From a virus, in IMG/VR virus record IMGVR_UViG_3300017544_000199, positions 11,611 through 75,610 of that record: 64,000 bases of DNA, one strand, 5' to 3'. A program made the translations under genes and the position numbers. Position 1 is the stretch's first letter. The number at the start of each line of letters is the position of its first letter. Shown here piece after piece: positions 1-8,987 of this stretch. The notes beneath the pieces are model-generated. The model did not search any database. It had not been told where the DNA came from and saw only the letters and a program-made list of their open reading frames with translations.

Positions 1-118
1 CGAGGCGCTCGGCGAGGACGTTCTCACCGTCAAGCAGAAATTCCCCGGCGCCGCCGTCACCGGCATTCGTCGCAAAGCGCCGATCGATTGGTCGCGCGGA
101 GATGAAATCCCGTTCTGA
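1..118 (+). CDS. 3' end of phage hypothetical protein ending in DEIPF (homolog of 48006-48650)
   Basis: Frame from base 2 reads EALGEDVLTVKQKFPGAAVTGIR...GDEIPF*, similar to DAFGEQVRATKAAFPGAEVTAVR...DEIPF. Confidence 0.75.
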   Translation, partial: EALGEDVLTVKQKFPGAAVTGIRRKAPIDWSRGDEIPF

Positions 119-132
119 AGTTTGGAGGACCC

Positions 133-663
133 ATGCTCGCCGTTGCCCTTGCCGAACCAATTCAAACGCCGCCGGCGCCGCGTGTCGCCACGCTTCCGCC
201 GCGTGCCATCCTCGCGCTCGATCTCGGCTCGCGCTGCGGCTGGGCGGTGCTGCCCCGCTCGGGCCGCATCGCTTCCGGCGTGAGCGAGTTCAGGCCCGGC
301 CGCTTCGAAGGCGCCGGCATGGCGTTCCTCCGATTCGAGCGGTTTCTGGCCGACGCGACGAATGCCTCGGGGCCGTTCGGTGTCGTGGTGTTCGAAGAGG
401 TTCGCGCGCATGCCGGCACACTCGCCGCGCAGGTTTACGGCGGTTTCCTCGCCCATCTCACCGCGTGGTGCGAGAGGCATGCGGTGCCCTATCTCGGCGT
501 GCCGGTCGCAACCATCAAGCGCCATGCTACCGGCAAGGGAAACGCATCGAAAGACGACGTGATCAAGGCCGTGCGCGCCCGCGGCCATGCGCCGAAGGAC
601 GACAACGAGGCCGATGCGCTCGCCATCCTCGATTGGGCGATCTCCAACGGGATCGGAACATGA
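133..663 (+). CDS. RuvC-like Holliday junction resolvase
   Basis: ILALDLG, FEEV, ATGKGNASK and DDNEADALA motifs; GGAGG RBS. Confidence 0.85.
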   Translation: MLAVALAEPIQTPPAPRVATLPPRAILALDLGSRCGWAVLPRSGRIASGVSEFRPGRFEGAGMAFLRFERFLADATNASGPFGVVVFEEVRAHAGTLAAQVYGGFLAHLTAWCERHAVPYLGVPVATIKRHATGKGNASKDDVIKAVRARGHAPKDDNEADALAILDWAISNGIGT

Positions 664-938
664 CCATGGGCAGGGCAGAATTCTTCGACGAGCTCGCCGA
701 TGTCCTCACCGATCGCGAAGACCAATACGGCGCTCCCGCCAAGCTGTTCGACGAGATCGCGCGCATCTGGACGGTGATCTTGAGCTTCCAAGTCGAACCC
801 GAGCAGGTCGCCTTGTGCATGATAGGCGTGAAGCTCGCGCGGCTCAGCCACAACTGGTCGCACGCCGATAGCATCAAAGATGTCGCCGGCTATGCGGCCA
901 TCCTCTCCCAACTGGTCAGCGAGGCCCGCGCGAGATGA
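660..938 (+). CDS. Phage protein, DUF6378-like
   Basis: DREDQYGAP...IARIW...VALCMIGVKLARL...DSIKDVAGYAA; ATGA overlaps on both sides. Confidence 0.8.
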   Translation: MTMGRAEFFDELADVLTDREDQYGAPAKLFDEIARIWTVILSFQVEPEQVALCMIGVKLARLSHNWSHADSIKDVAGYAAILSQLVSEARAR

Positions 939-1387
939 AATACACGCCCAAGGACATCGAGGAACGATTCGAAGAGGCAGCGTCAACGCTCCGCCGCCTG
1001 CCCGACACCCGTGTGCCAGGCTACTTCAGCACATGGCCACCGATGATCCGAGCCGCCGTCGAAGCCTACGGCTACGATCCTGCGCGGATGCCGCGGATCG
1101 CGCCTACGCCGCAGGCGATCAGCCGCATGGAGGAGACATTCACGTGGCTCACGTGGCTTGAACCCGACGACGCCCGGATCGTGTGGCTGCGGGCCGAGGG
1201 CGTTCGCTGGAAGCCGATCTGCTGGCGCGTTGGCCTATCGCGCGCCGTAGCATGGCGGCGGTGGGTTGCGTCGCTGATCACCATCGCAAACCGGCTCAAT
1301 TCCAAGTACTTCGCGGGCGTCAAGAAGGGCCGCAAGAAAGGCGTGACCGCAACCATCGACGAAGCACGTCGCGAAGGCCTGCTTTAG
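935..1387 (+). CDS. DUF6362-like protein, probable late-gene regulator
   Basis: IEERFEEAA.TLRRLP...IVWLRAEGVRWKPIC; last gene before cos; near-identical copy at 49464. Confidence 0.75.
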   Translation: MKYTPKDIEERFEEAASTLRRLPDTRVPGYFSTWPPMIRAAVEAYGYDPARMPRIAPTPQAISRMEETFTWLTWLEPDDARIVWLRAEGVRWKPICWRVGLSRAVAWRRWVASLITIANRLNSKYFAGVKKGRKKGVTATIDEARREGLL

Positions 1388-1500
1388 TCAGCGTATAAAC
1401 CGCAAAACACGTCGAACTTTTGGCTTCAACAATGAAACGCTTTTCGGCATGTTTGCTGGCATGATCGCGGGACGCGCGCCCGCCCATCCCCGCCGGCATT

Positions 1501-1618
1501 AGGTTCTTCTCACCGCCGAGCGTATGCGGGCGGCAAAGGCCCGATCGAAATCTAGCGACAGGCACGAATTCCGGTTGCGCACCTTGGGTGCGCACCTTCG
1601 GGTGCGCGGTGCGCACAA
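1501..1618 (+). promoter_or_regulatory. Putative lambda-like cos site (cosN-like GGGCGGCAAAGG at 1528-1539, then TGCGCAC repeats)
   Basis: Resembles lambda cohesive end GGGCGGCGACCT; intergenic and conserved at 50047-50153; terminase is GpA-type. Confidence 0.6.
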
Positions 1619-1642
1619 GCGCCGGCGCAACGGAGAAATCGC

Positions 1643-2383
1643 TTGCAAATCGAGACGCGGCCGATCGAGCGGCTGATCCCCTATGTTCGCAACGCGCGGA
1701 CCCATTCGGAGGAGCAGATCGCGCAGATCGCCGCATCGATTGCCGAATTCGGTTTCGTAAACCCCGTGCTGATCGGCGCTGACGATGTGATCGTGGCCGG
1801 CCATGGCCGCGTGCTCGCGGCGAAGCGCCTCGGTCTCACGGAAGTGCCGGTGATCGTGCTCGATCACCTGAGCGAAGCGCAGCGCCGCGCGCTCATCATC
1901 GCCGACAACCGGATCGCGGAGAACGCCGGCTGGGACGAGGCGATGCTTCGCGCCGAACTCGCCGCGCTTCGCGAGGATGAATTCGATTTGGATGTGCTCG
2001 GCTTCAGCGACGCCGACCTGCTGCGCATCCTTGATTCAATCGACGGCGCCACGCTAGGGGGCAAGGACGCCGACGAGACCGGCTCTCCTCCCGCCGGATC
2101 GTCGGCGTCCGAGCCGTCCGCCACCTTGGCCGAGCGGTTCGGGATTCCGCCATTCAGCGTGCTCGATGCCCGCAAGGGCTGGTGGCAGGATCGCAAGCGA
2201 GCCTGGATCGACCTCGGTATCCGCTCCGAACTTGGGCGCGGCGCGGCTCCCGGCGGCAGCCCACGCCCGCTTGATCGCGAGCGGATCGCAAAGGCGGCAG
2301 CGCCGGGCGGTTCACCCTTGCCGGCCGCCGATTATTCCAAATCAAAGGCCCGCGGCGACGGGCGCGGCCGGCAATTGCAATGA
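1643..2383 (+). CDS. ParB/Srx N-terminal domain protein with C-terminal MTase-associated segment
   Basis: LIPYVRNARTHS...GFVNPVLI...AGHGR...ADNRIAENAGWD; TTG start with GGAG RBS. Confidence 0.9.
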   Translation: MQIETRPIERLIPYVRNARTHSEEQIAQIAASIAEFGFVNPVLIGADDVIVAGHGRVLAAKRLGLTEVPVIVLDHLSEAQRRALIIADNRIAENAGWDEAMLRAELAALREDEFDLDVLGFSDADLLRILDSIDGATLGGKDADETGSPPAGSSASEPSATLAERFGIPPFSVLDARKGWWQDRKRAWIDLGIRSELGRGAAPGGSPRPLDRERIAKAAAPGGSPLPAADYSKSKARGDGRGRQLQ

Positions 2384-3180
2384 CGAATCTCACCTTCGCC
2401 AAGGGTGTTCGCGACGCCGAGGATCTCGATCCGGTTTCGCAAGCGATCCTCGAGGTCGGATCGGGCACATCGATCTTCGATCCGGTGATTTGCGAGATCG
2501 CCTATCGCTGGTTCTGTCCGCCGAATGGCACCGTGCTCGATCCGTTTGCCGGCGGTTCGGTGCGCGGCGTCATCGCCTCCCGGCTCGGGCGCCGCTATAT
2601 CGGCATTGAGCTCCGCTCCGAGCAGGTGGCCGCCAACATCGCGCAGCTTAATCTTGCGGGCGATCCGACGCCCGAATGGCGGCAAGGCGATGCGCGCCAG
2701 ATCGCGCGGCTCGCAGCCGACATCGAAGCCGATCTGATCTTCTCGTGTCCGCCTTATTGGAATCTTGAACGCTATTCGGACGATCCGGCCGATCTCTCGA
2801 ACATGGGCCGCGAGGATTTCTTCGCAGCCTATGGCGCGATCATCCGCGATGCGGTCGCCCGGCTTCGCAACGATCGCTTTGCGGTCTGGGTGATCGGCGA
2901 TGTTCGTGACGAGGACGGCTGCTACGTGAACCTGCCAGGCCGGACGGTCGAGGCATTCGAGGCGGCCGGCGCGCGATTCTACAATGACGCGATCCTTGTG
3001 ACGGCGGTCGGCTCGTTGCCGGTGCGTGTCGGGCGGCAATTCGAGGTCTCGCGCAAGCTCGGGCGCACGCATCAAAACGTGATGGTGTTCGTGAAGGGCG
3101 ATCCGCGCAAAGCGACCGAAGCCTGCGGCCCGGTCGAGTTCGGCGAGATCGCGCAAGGAGACGAACTTGACGCAGGGTAG
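2380..3180 (+). CDS. DNA amino-methyltransferase (N4-C/N6-A type)
   Basis: Motif I VLDPFAGGS, GIEL, motif IV-like FSCPPY. Confidence 0.85.
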   Translation: MTNLTFAKGVRDAEDLDPVSQAILEVGSGTSIFDPVICEIAYRWFCPPNGTVLDPFAGGSVRGVIASRLGRRYIGIELRSEQVAANIAQLNLAGDPTPEWRQGDARQIARLAADIEADLIFSCPPYWNLERYSDDPADLSNMGREDFFAAYGAIIRDAVARLRNDRFAVWVIGDVRDEDGCYVNLPGRTVEAFEAAGARFYNDAILVTAVGSLPVRVGRQFEVSRKLGRTHQNVMVFVKGDPRKATEACGPVEFGEIAQGDELDAG

Positions 3181-3943
3181 CGCATTGGCAGCGCGCGCGG
3201 CTCATACCCGCGAGGCAGCCGGTTCGATTCCGGCCCCTGCAACCAGTCCTGCCGTCGTCGAGCATGGCGGCGTACTCGTCGTTCGGGACGATCTCTATCC
3301 GGGCGGAACGAAGGCGCGCTTCATCGGTGCGTTCTTTCGCGGCGCCGGGGAAGCAGTCTATGCCAGCCCCGCGGAAGGCGGTGCGCAGACGGCGCTTGCA
3401 ACCGTTGCCCGCCAGCTCGGCAAGCGGGCGACAATCTTCGTTGCCCAGCGTATCCGCCCGCACCCGCGCACGCTCGAAGCGGCGCGGCTCGGCGCGAAGA
3501 TCGTGAGCGTCCAGCCGGGATATCTCTCGGTCGTTCAGGCGCGCGCCCGCGAGTATTGCGAGCGAACCGGCGCAGCGCTCGTGCCGTTCGGCGTCGATGT
3601 GGAATTTGCAGTCGAGGCGATTGCTTGTGCTGCGGCCTCGCTTCGCATCGAGCCGGATGAAGTCTGGTGCGCGGCGGGTTCGGGCGTTCTTGCCCGCGGT
3701 CTCGCTAAGGCTTGGCCGAACGCACGCCGGCATGTGGTGCAGGTCGGGCGTGCCTTGAACGCCGCCGACGTGGCAGGCGCGACAATCCACGACTATCCGC
3801 TTCCGTTCGGCCGAGAGGCGCGCATTCGCCCGCCATTTCCGTCCGACCCGCACTATGACGCGAAAGCCTGGGAGCGATGCGCGGCCCGGAAGGGTCCGGG
3901 CCGCGTCCTCTTCTGGAATGTTGCCGGGCCGGCGCGGCCCTAA
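3167..3943 (+). CDS. PLP-dependent enzyme (fold-type II, D-cysteine desulfhydrase/ACC deaminase-like)
   Basis: VRDDLYPGGTKAR (Schiff-base Lys), CAAGSG phosphate loop, DPHYDAKAW, LFWN; AGGAG upstream of TTG. Confidence 0.85.
   Translation: MTQGSALAARAAHTREAAGSIPAPATSPAVVEHGGVLVVRDDLYPGGTKARFIGAFFRGAGEAVYASPAEGGAQTALATVARQLGKRATIFVAQRIRPHPRTLEAARLGAKIVSVQPGYLSVVQARAREYCERTGAALVPFGVDVEFAVEAIACAAASLRIEPDEVWCAAGSGVLARGLAKAWPNARRHVVQVGRALNAADVAGATIHDYPLPFGREARIRPPFPSDPHYDAKAWERCAARKGPGRVLFWNVAGPARP
3171..3245 (+). tRNA. tRNA with CAT anticodon (initiator-like C1xA72, CCA end) embedded in the PLP gene
   Basis: C-GCAGGG TA GCGC ATTGGCA GCGC G CGCGG CTCATAC CCGCG AGGCA GCCGG TTCGATT CCGGC CCCTGC-A A CCA gives a full cloverleaf. 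Confidence 0.88.
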
Positions 3944-3944
3944 C

Positions 3945-4655
3945 TCAGGCGGCTTGCCGGCGCGCCTCAAGTGCGATGATGCAAAGATCGCGGTAGCGCG
4001 CGATGGCTTTCGGGCTTGAACTGACCGGGTTGATCTCGAAGGCACGCAGCCCCTTGATGTCGCCGGACTTAGCGAGTTCGACTACGCTCGCAAGCTTGTT
4101 GCGGAAACGCTTGTGCGTCTCGGCACTGAAGTCAGGCGGCTCGGGAAGCTTGCCCTCGCGCGCGGCGGCCTCGATCGCGGCGCGCTTGCCCTGCGGGCGC
4201 TGCTTGCCGGCCGGCTGCGGCTCTCGCGATGCATCGGGAGTAAGCTTCGCATCGCGCGGGTCGGCGTGCTTCGAGTGCTGCTTAAGGCGCCACGTGAAGC
4301 CTTCCTTCGCCTTCACGATGTCGATCTCGTCGAGATCGTGACCGGCCGCCTCGGCGGCACGCTGCGCATTGAATTTCTTGGCATAGGTCTTCATCGAACC
4401 CTCCTTGCTCTCGGTTGGAATGTGGTCGGTGACGAGCGCCGAGCGGCCCTCGGCGTCGATGGCGTAGATCAGGGCGCGGCGCCCATAGGGGTGTTCGGCT
4501 TCAAGGCTCGGCGCGGCATCGTTCCGCGCTTCGCTCAAGGTTCGCGCGGAAGCGTGTGCGTATTTGCCTCGGCCAATGAAGAGCGCGATGTCGAACCGGA
4601 TCGCATTGGCGATAATCGCGGCATCGCGCTCGGTCGGCGGATGAACTTTCGGCAT
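3945..4655 (-). CDS. Hypothetical protein (antisense to late operon) with possible internal start at 4394
   Basis: GGAGGG RBS; homolog at 53289-53969. Confidence 0.75.
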   Translation of the reverse strand: MPKVHPPTERDAAIIANAIRFDIALFIGRGKYAHASARTLSEARNDAAPSLEAEHPYGRRALIYAIDAEGRSALVTDHIPTESKEGSMKTYAKKFNAQRAAEAAGHDLDEIDIVKAKEGFTWRLKQHSKHADPRDAKLTPDASREPQPAGKQRPQGKRAAIEAAAREGKLPEPPDFSAETHKRFRNKLASVVELAKSGDIKGLRAFEINPVSSSPKAIARYRDLCIIALEARRQAA

Positions 4656-4756
4656 TGATTGCCCTCCGTTTGACACGAGCACTCAGGCTCGACCGGCGAA
4701 GGAGAGCAACTGCTAAGTCACTGGTTTTCTGAGCATATCGGGAGCGCTGGAGCAGC

Positions 4757-5329
4757 ATGGGTCTGTCCCGCAGGGCTTATGCGCGCCACCGCGGCGTAGC
4801 CGAGAACGCCGTCCGGAAAGCGATCGCCTCGGGCCGGATCACGCTCGAAGCCGACGGAACCATCGATCCCGAAAAGGCGGACCGCGATTGGGCCTCCCGC
4901 ACCGATCCTTCGCAGCAACGCGGCGTGCACGCGCAGCGGACCGACAATGCCGCTGCCGATTCCGGCAAAGCAGTCCCGCGCGCCGCGATCGATGTCGTTC
5001 GGAAGGCGCTGCGCGATTCCGGCACGAAGCCGGAAGGCGATGTGACCTTCCTCCGCGCGCGCACCGCTAACGAAGTCATCAAGGCGCAGGAACGGAGCGT
5101 CCGCCTCGCAAAGATCAAGGGTGAGCTCGTCGATCGGGCGCGCGCGGTCGCGACCGTGTTCGGCCTCGCGCGCCGCGAACGCGACGCCTGGGTGCAATGG
5201 CCGGCGCGCGTCGCCGCGCTGATGGCCAACGAGCTGCACGTCGATCCGCACGCCATGGAAACGGTGCTTGATAAGCATGTTCGCAGGCACCTCGCCGACC
5301 TCTCCGAAATCCGGGTCGAACTCCGGTGA
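4757..5329 (+). CDS. Terminase small subunit
   Basis: N-terminal HTH MGLSRRAYARHRGV; KIKGELVDR coiled coil; directly precedes terL. Confidence 0.85.
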   Translation: MGLSRRAYARHRGVAENAVRKAIASGRITLEADGTIDPEKADRDWASRTDPSQQRGVHAQRTDNAAADSGKAVPRAAIDVVRKALRDSGTKPEGDVTFLRARTANEVIKAQERSVRLAKIKGELVDRARAVATVFGLARRERDAWVQWPARVAALMANELHVDPHAMETVLDKHVRRHLADLSEIRVELR

Positions 5330-7274
5330 AGGCTTTGAAGGCGAAGCTGACATCATCCGCGCCTGGGCGCGCGGCCTCGCACCCGACCCATCGCTGACGG
5401 TTTCGGAATGGGCGGACCGGTATCGAATTCTCTCGTCTCGCGCATCCTCCGAAGCGGGGCGCTATCGCACCGACCGCACGCCCTACATGCGCGACATCAT
5501 GGATGCTCTGTCGCCGTCTCATCCGGCGCGGCGGATCGTGTTCATGTCCGGCGCACAGCTCGGCAAAACCGAAGCCGGCAATAATTGGATCGGTTACTGC
5601 ATCCATCAGGTGCCCGGACCGTTTCTTGCGGTCCAGCCGACAACGGAATTGGCAAAGCGGCTTTCGCAGCAGCGGATCGAGCCGCTGATCGAGGAAAGCC
5701 CCGAGCTGCGCGAGATCGTGATGCCGGCCCGCGCCCGCGATTCCGGCAACACGGTCCTCGCCAAGCGATTTGCCGGCGGACAGCTCGTGCTTACCGGCGC
5801 GAACAGCGCGGTCGGCCTTCGCTCGATGCCGGCGCGCTGGCTCTTCCTCGACGAAGTGGACGCCTATCCGGGCGATGTCGAAGGCGAAGGCGATCCCGTC
5901 GCCTTGGCCGAAGCGCGGACGCGGACATTCGGACACCGCCGGAAGGTCTTCATGGTCTCGACGCCGACGATCAAGGGATTGTCGCGCATCGAGCGCGAAT
6001 TCGAAGCGACGGACCAGAGACGCTATTTCGTTCCGTGCCCGCATTGCAGTCACATGCGATGGCTTCGCTTCGAGCGCCTGCGCTGGGAGAAGGGCCAGCC
6101 GGAAACGGCCGAGTACGTTTGCGAGAACTGCGAGCGCGGCATTGCAGAACATCACAAGACGGCAATGCTCGCTTCAGGCGAATGGCGCGCGACCGCGGAA
6201 TGCTCCGATCCGCATGTGATCGGCTTTCATATCTCAGGGCTCTATTCACCGGTCGGCTGGCTTTCCTGGGAGCAAATCGCCCGTGAGTGGGAAGCCGCGC
6301 AGGGCAACGACGCGGCGCTCAAGGCCGCCAAAAACACGCTCCTTGGCGAGTCATGGCAGGAGCGAAGCGAAGCGCCGGACTGGAAGCGGCTCTATGAGCG
6401 CGAGAAGGATCATGCGCTGCGGACCGTGCCGTTCGGCGCCCTCGTGCTCACGGCCGGCGCCGACATCCAGCATGATCGCATCGAGATCGATGTGTGGGCG
6501 TGGGGCCGCGGCCTCGAAAGCTGGCTCGTCGATCACATCGTTATCGACGGCGATACGTCGCGCGCGACGGTCTGGGATGACCTGACTCGGCTCCTTGCCG
6601 CCGAATGGAAACATGCAGGCGGCGCGCCGATGCGGATCGCACGGCTTGCGATCGATTCCGGCGACGGCCGTTCGACATCGCAGGTCTATGCCTGGGTGCG
6701 CAAATTCGGCGCGGGCGTCGCCGCCGCTATCAAGGGCGTTGACGGCTTCGATCGATCCTCGCCGGTGGACGGCCCGACCTTCGTCGATGCGACGGAGGAC
6801 GGACGCAAAATCCGGCGCGGTGTCCGGCTATGGAAGGTTTCGGTCGCGGTGTTCAAATCCGAGACCTATCGCTTTCTTCGGCTCGAGCGGCCGATGGCCG
6901 AGGAGCTCGCGGAAGGCATCGCTTTCCCCGACGGCTTCATTCATTTGCCCGCGGGAATCTCGGCCGAATGGGTCAAGCAGCTCACCGCCGAGCAACTGGT
7001 CACGGTTCGTGACCGGCGCGGCTTCACGAAACTTGAATGGCGGCAGATGCGGGAGCGCAACGAGGCCCTCGATTGCCGGGTCTATGCGCGCGCCGCCGCC
7101 TGGATGCTCGGCATCGATCGCTGGGCGGATGCGAAGTGGAAGTCGCTTGAGCAGCAAGTGGCGGCCGATCGCGCGCCCGAACAAATGGCCGGCGAGGTGC
7201 GGCTCCGAGCAGCACCAACCGAGAAGCGCAAATCGAACTGGCTCAGTGGCCGCGAAAGTGGATGGTTCCGATGA
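5277..7274 (+). CDS. Terminase large subunit, lambda GpA family
   Basis: GAQLGKTE Walker A, FLDEVD Walker B, STPT, YFVPCPHC, RNEALDCRVYA; start uncertain (5268 or 5277). Confidence 0.95.
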   Translation: MFAGTSPTSPKSGSNSGEGFEGEADIIRAWARGLAPDPSLTVSEWADRYRILSSRASSEAGRYRTDRTPYMRDIMDALSPSHPARRIVFMSGAQLGKTEAGNNWIGYCIHQVPGPFLAVQPTTELAKRLSQQRIEPLIEESPELREIVMPARARDSGNTVLAKRFAGGQLVLTGANSAVGLRSMPARWLFLDEVDAYPGDVEGEGDPVALAEARTRTFGHRRKVFMVSTPTIKGLSRIEREFEATDQRRYFVPCPHCSHMRWLRFERLRWEKGQPETAEYVCENCERGIAEHHKTAMLASGEWRATAECSDPHVIGFHISGLYSPVGWLSWEQIAREWEAAQGNDAALKAAKNTLLGESWQERSEAPDWKRLYEREKDHALRTVPFGALVLTAGADIQHDRIEIDVWAWGRGLESWLVDHIVIDGDTSRATVWDDLTRLLAAEWKHAGGAPMRIARLAIDSGDGRSTSQVYAWVRKFGAGVAAAIKGVDGFDRSSPVDGPTFVDATEDGRKIRRGVRLWKVSVAVFKSETYRFLRLERPMAEELAEGIAFPDGFIHLPAGISAEWVKQLTAEQLVTVRDRRGFTKLEWRQMRERNEALDCRVYARAAAWMLGIDRWADAKWKSLEQQVAADRAPEQMAGEVRLRAAPTEKRKSNWLSGRESGWFR

Positions 7275-7480
7275 CATGGACGCAAGCCGAACTCGATGCG
7301 CTGAAAGCCGCTTATGCGAGCGGGACCACGCGCGCCACCTATGAGGGAAAGACGGTCGAATACGATTCCGAGGCCGCGCTCCTGCGGCGCATCCAGATCA
7401 TCGAGGGCGTGATCAACGCTGCCGCGGGAACGGCGCGGCCGATTGCTGGCTTTGCCTCGTTCGGCCGCGGCGACAAATGA
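7271..7480 (+). CDS. Head-to-tail joining protein (gpW-like)
   Basis: WTQAELDALKAAYASG...YEGKTVEY; between terL and portal. Confidence 0.85.
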   Translation: MTWTQAELDALKAAYASGTTRATYEGKTVEYDSEAALLRRIQIIEGVINAAAGTARPIAGFASFGRGDK

Positions 7481-8982
7481 GCGCGCAGATTTCGGCGACG
7501 AGGCTTGACCGCGCGATTGCCGCCATTGCCCCGCGCCTTGCAATCAAGCGCCTCGTCGCACGCCAGGCGTTCGAGAACATGGCGCGGCGCGCCTACGATG
7601 GCGCTGCCGGCGGGCGGCGAACGGACGGCTGGCGCGCGACCGGATCGTCGGCCGACGCCGAAATTGCCTCGGCCGGCGCGATCCTGCGCAACCGCATGCG
7701 CGACCTCGTGCGCAACAATCCACATGCCGCCAAGGCGGTAAGCGCCTGGGTGAGCAACATCGTCGGCGACGGGATCACCCCGCGCGCGAAGACCGGCAAT
7801 CCGACCCTGGACCGCAGGATCAATGACCTGTTCGCCGAATGGTCGAAGGTCTGCGACGCCGACGGGCGCTGCGATTTCAACGGGCTGACCACGCTTGCGG
7901 TGCGTGAGATGGTCGAAGCGGGCGACGTGTTCGCGCGCCGGCGCATGCGCCGCGTTGAGGATGGCTTGCCCGTTCCGCTGCAAATTCAATTGAACGAGGC
8001 GGATCACCTGGATGAATCGAAGATCGACGGGCGGCCGGACGGAAGCCGCACCGTGCGGGGCATCGAATATGACGCGATCGGCAACCGCCGCGCTTATTGG
8101 CTCTTCCCGGACCATCCGGGCGACATCGCAGTTCCGCTCTCCCGCTACGCCACGTCGATCCGCGTGCCGGCGGAGGGCGTGATCCACCTCTTTGCCCGCG
8201 ACCGCGTGCAGCAGCGGGGCGTGCCATGGGGCGCGCCGGTCATGCGCGCGCTGCGCGATCTCGACGACTGGACGAATTCCGAGCTTGTCCGCAAGAAAAC
8301 CGAAGCCTGCCTCGTCGGAATCGTCACTGCAGGGGACGATGCCGAACAGGGCGTCGCGCCTTCGGTCGTCGATTCCGATGGTCGCGTGATCGAGCAGTTC
8401 GAACCCGGCCTGATCGCCTATGCGAGAGGCGGGAAGGACATCAAGTTCAACCAGCCGGCGGCGACCGCAGGCATCAGCGAGTGGCTGCGAGCGCAACTCC
8501 ATATCGTTGCGGCCGGGTTTCGGCTGCCTTACGAGCTGCTGACCGGCGATCTAAGCCAAGTCAATTATTCATCGATCCGCGCCGGCATCGTCGAATTCCG
8601 CCGGCTCGTATCCGCGCTCCAATGGCAGATCGTGATCCCGATCTTCTGCCAGCCGATCTGGGACTGGTTCATCGCGGCGGCATACGCGGCCGGGTTGATC
8701 CCGGTCGCGACCGCAGGAGTCGAATGGGAGCCGCCGAAGTTCGAATATCTCAATCCGCTCGATGACGCGCGTGCCGACCTGATGATGGTGCGCATGGGCG
8801 CAACCTCGTTGCGCCGCGTCGTCGCCCGGCAAGGCGAAAATCTCGACGATATCCTCGCGGAAACGAAAGCGACGAACGATGCGGTCGATGCGCTCGGCAT
8901 CGTGATCGACAGCGATCCGCGCAAGGTGACGCAGCAAGGGCTCTATCAGCCCGAGACCGCGGCGCAGCCCGCAAAGGCCTGA
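7477..8982 (+). CDS. Portal protein, lambda family
   Basis: LRNRMRDLVRNN, RGVPW, YELLTGDLSQVNYSSIRAG. Confidence 0.95.
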   Translation: MSAQISATRLDRAIAAIAPRLAIKRLVARQAFENMARRAYDGAAGGRRTDGWRATGSSADAEIASAGAILRNRMRDLVRNNPHAAKAVSAWVSNIVGDGITPRAKTGNPTLDRRINDLFAEWSKVCDADGRCDFNGLTTLAVREMVEAGDVFARRRMRRVEDGLPVPLQIQLNEADHLDESKIDGRPDGSRTVRGIEYDAIGNRRAYWLFPDHPGDIAVPLSRYATSIRVPAEGVIHLFARDRVQQRGVPWGAPVMRALRDLDDWTNSELVRKKTEACLVGIVTAGDDAEQGVAPSVVDSDGRVIEQFEPGLIAYARGGKDIKFNQPAATAGISEWLRAQLHIVAAGFRLPYELLTGDLSQVNYSSIRAGIVEFRRLVSALQWQIVIPIFCQPIWDWFIAAAYAAGLIPVATAGVEWEPPKFEYLNPLDDARADLMMVRMGATSLRRVVARQGENLDDILAETKATNDAVDALGIVIDSDPRKVTQQGLYQPETAAQPAKA

Positions 8983-8987
8983 AGCAC

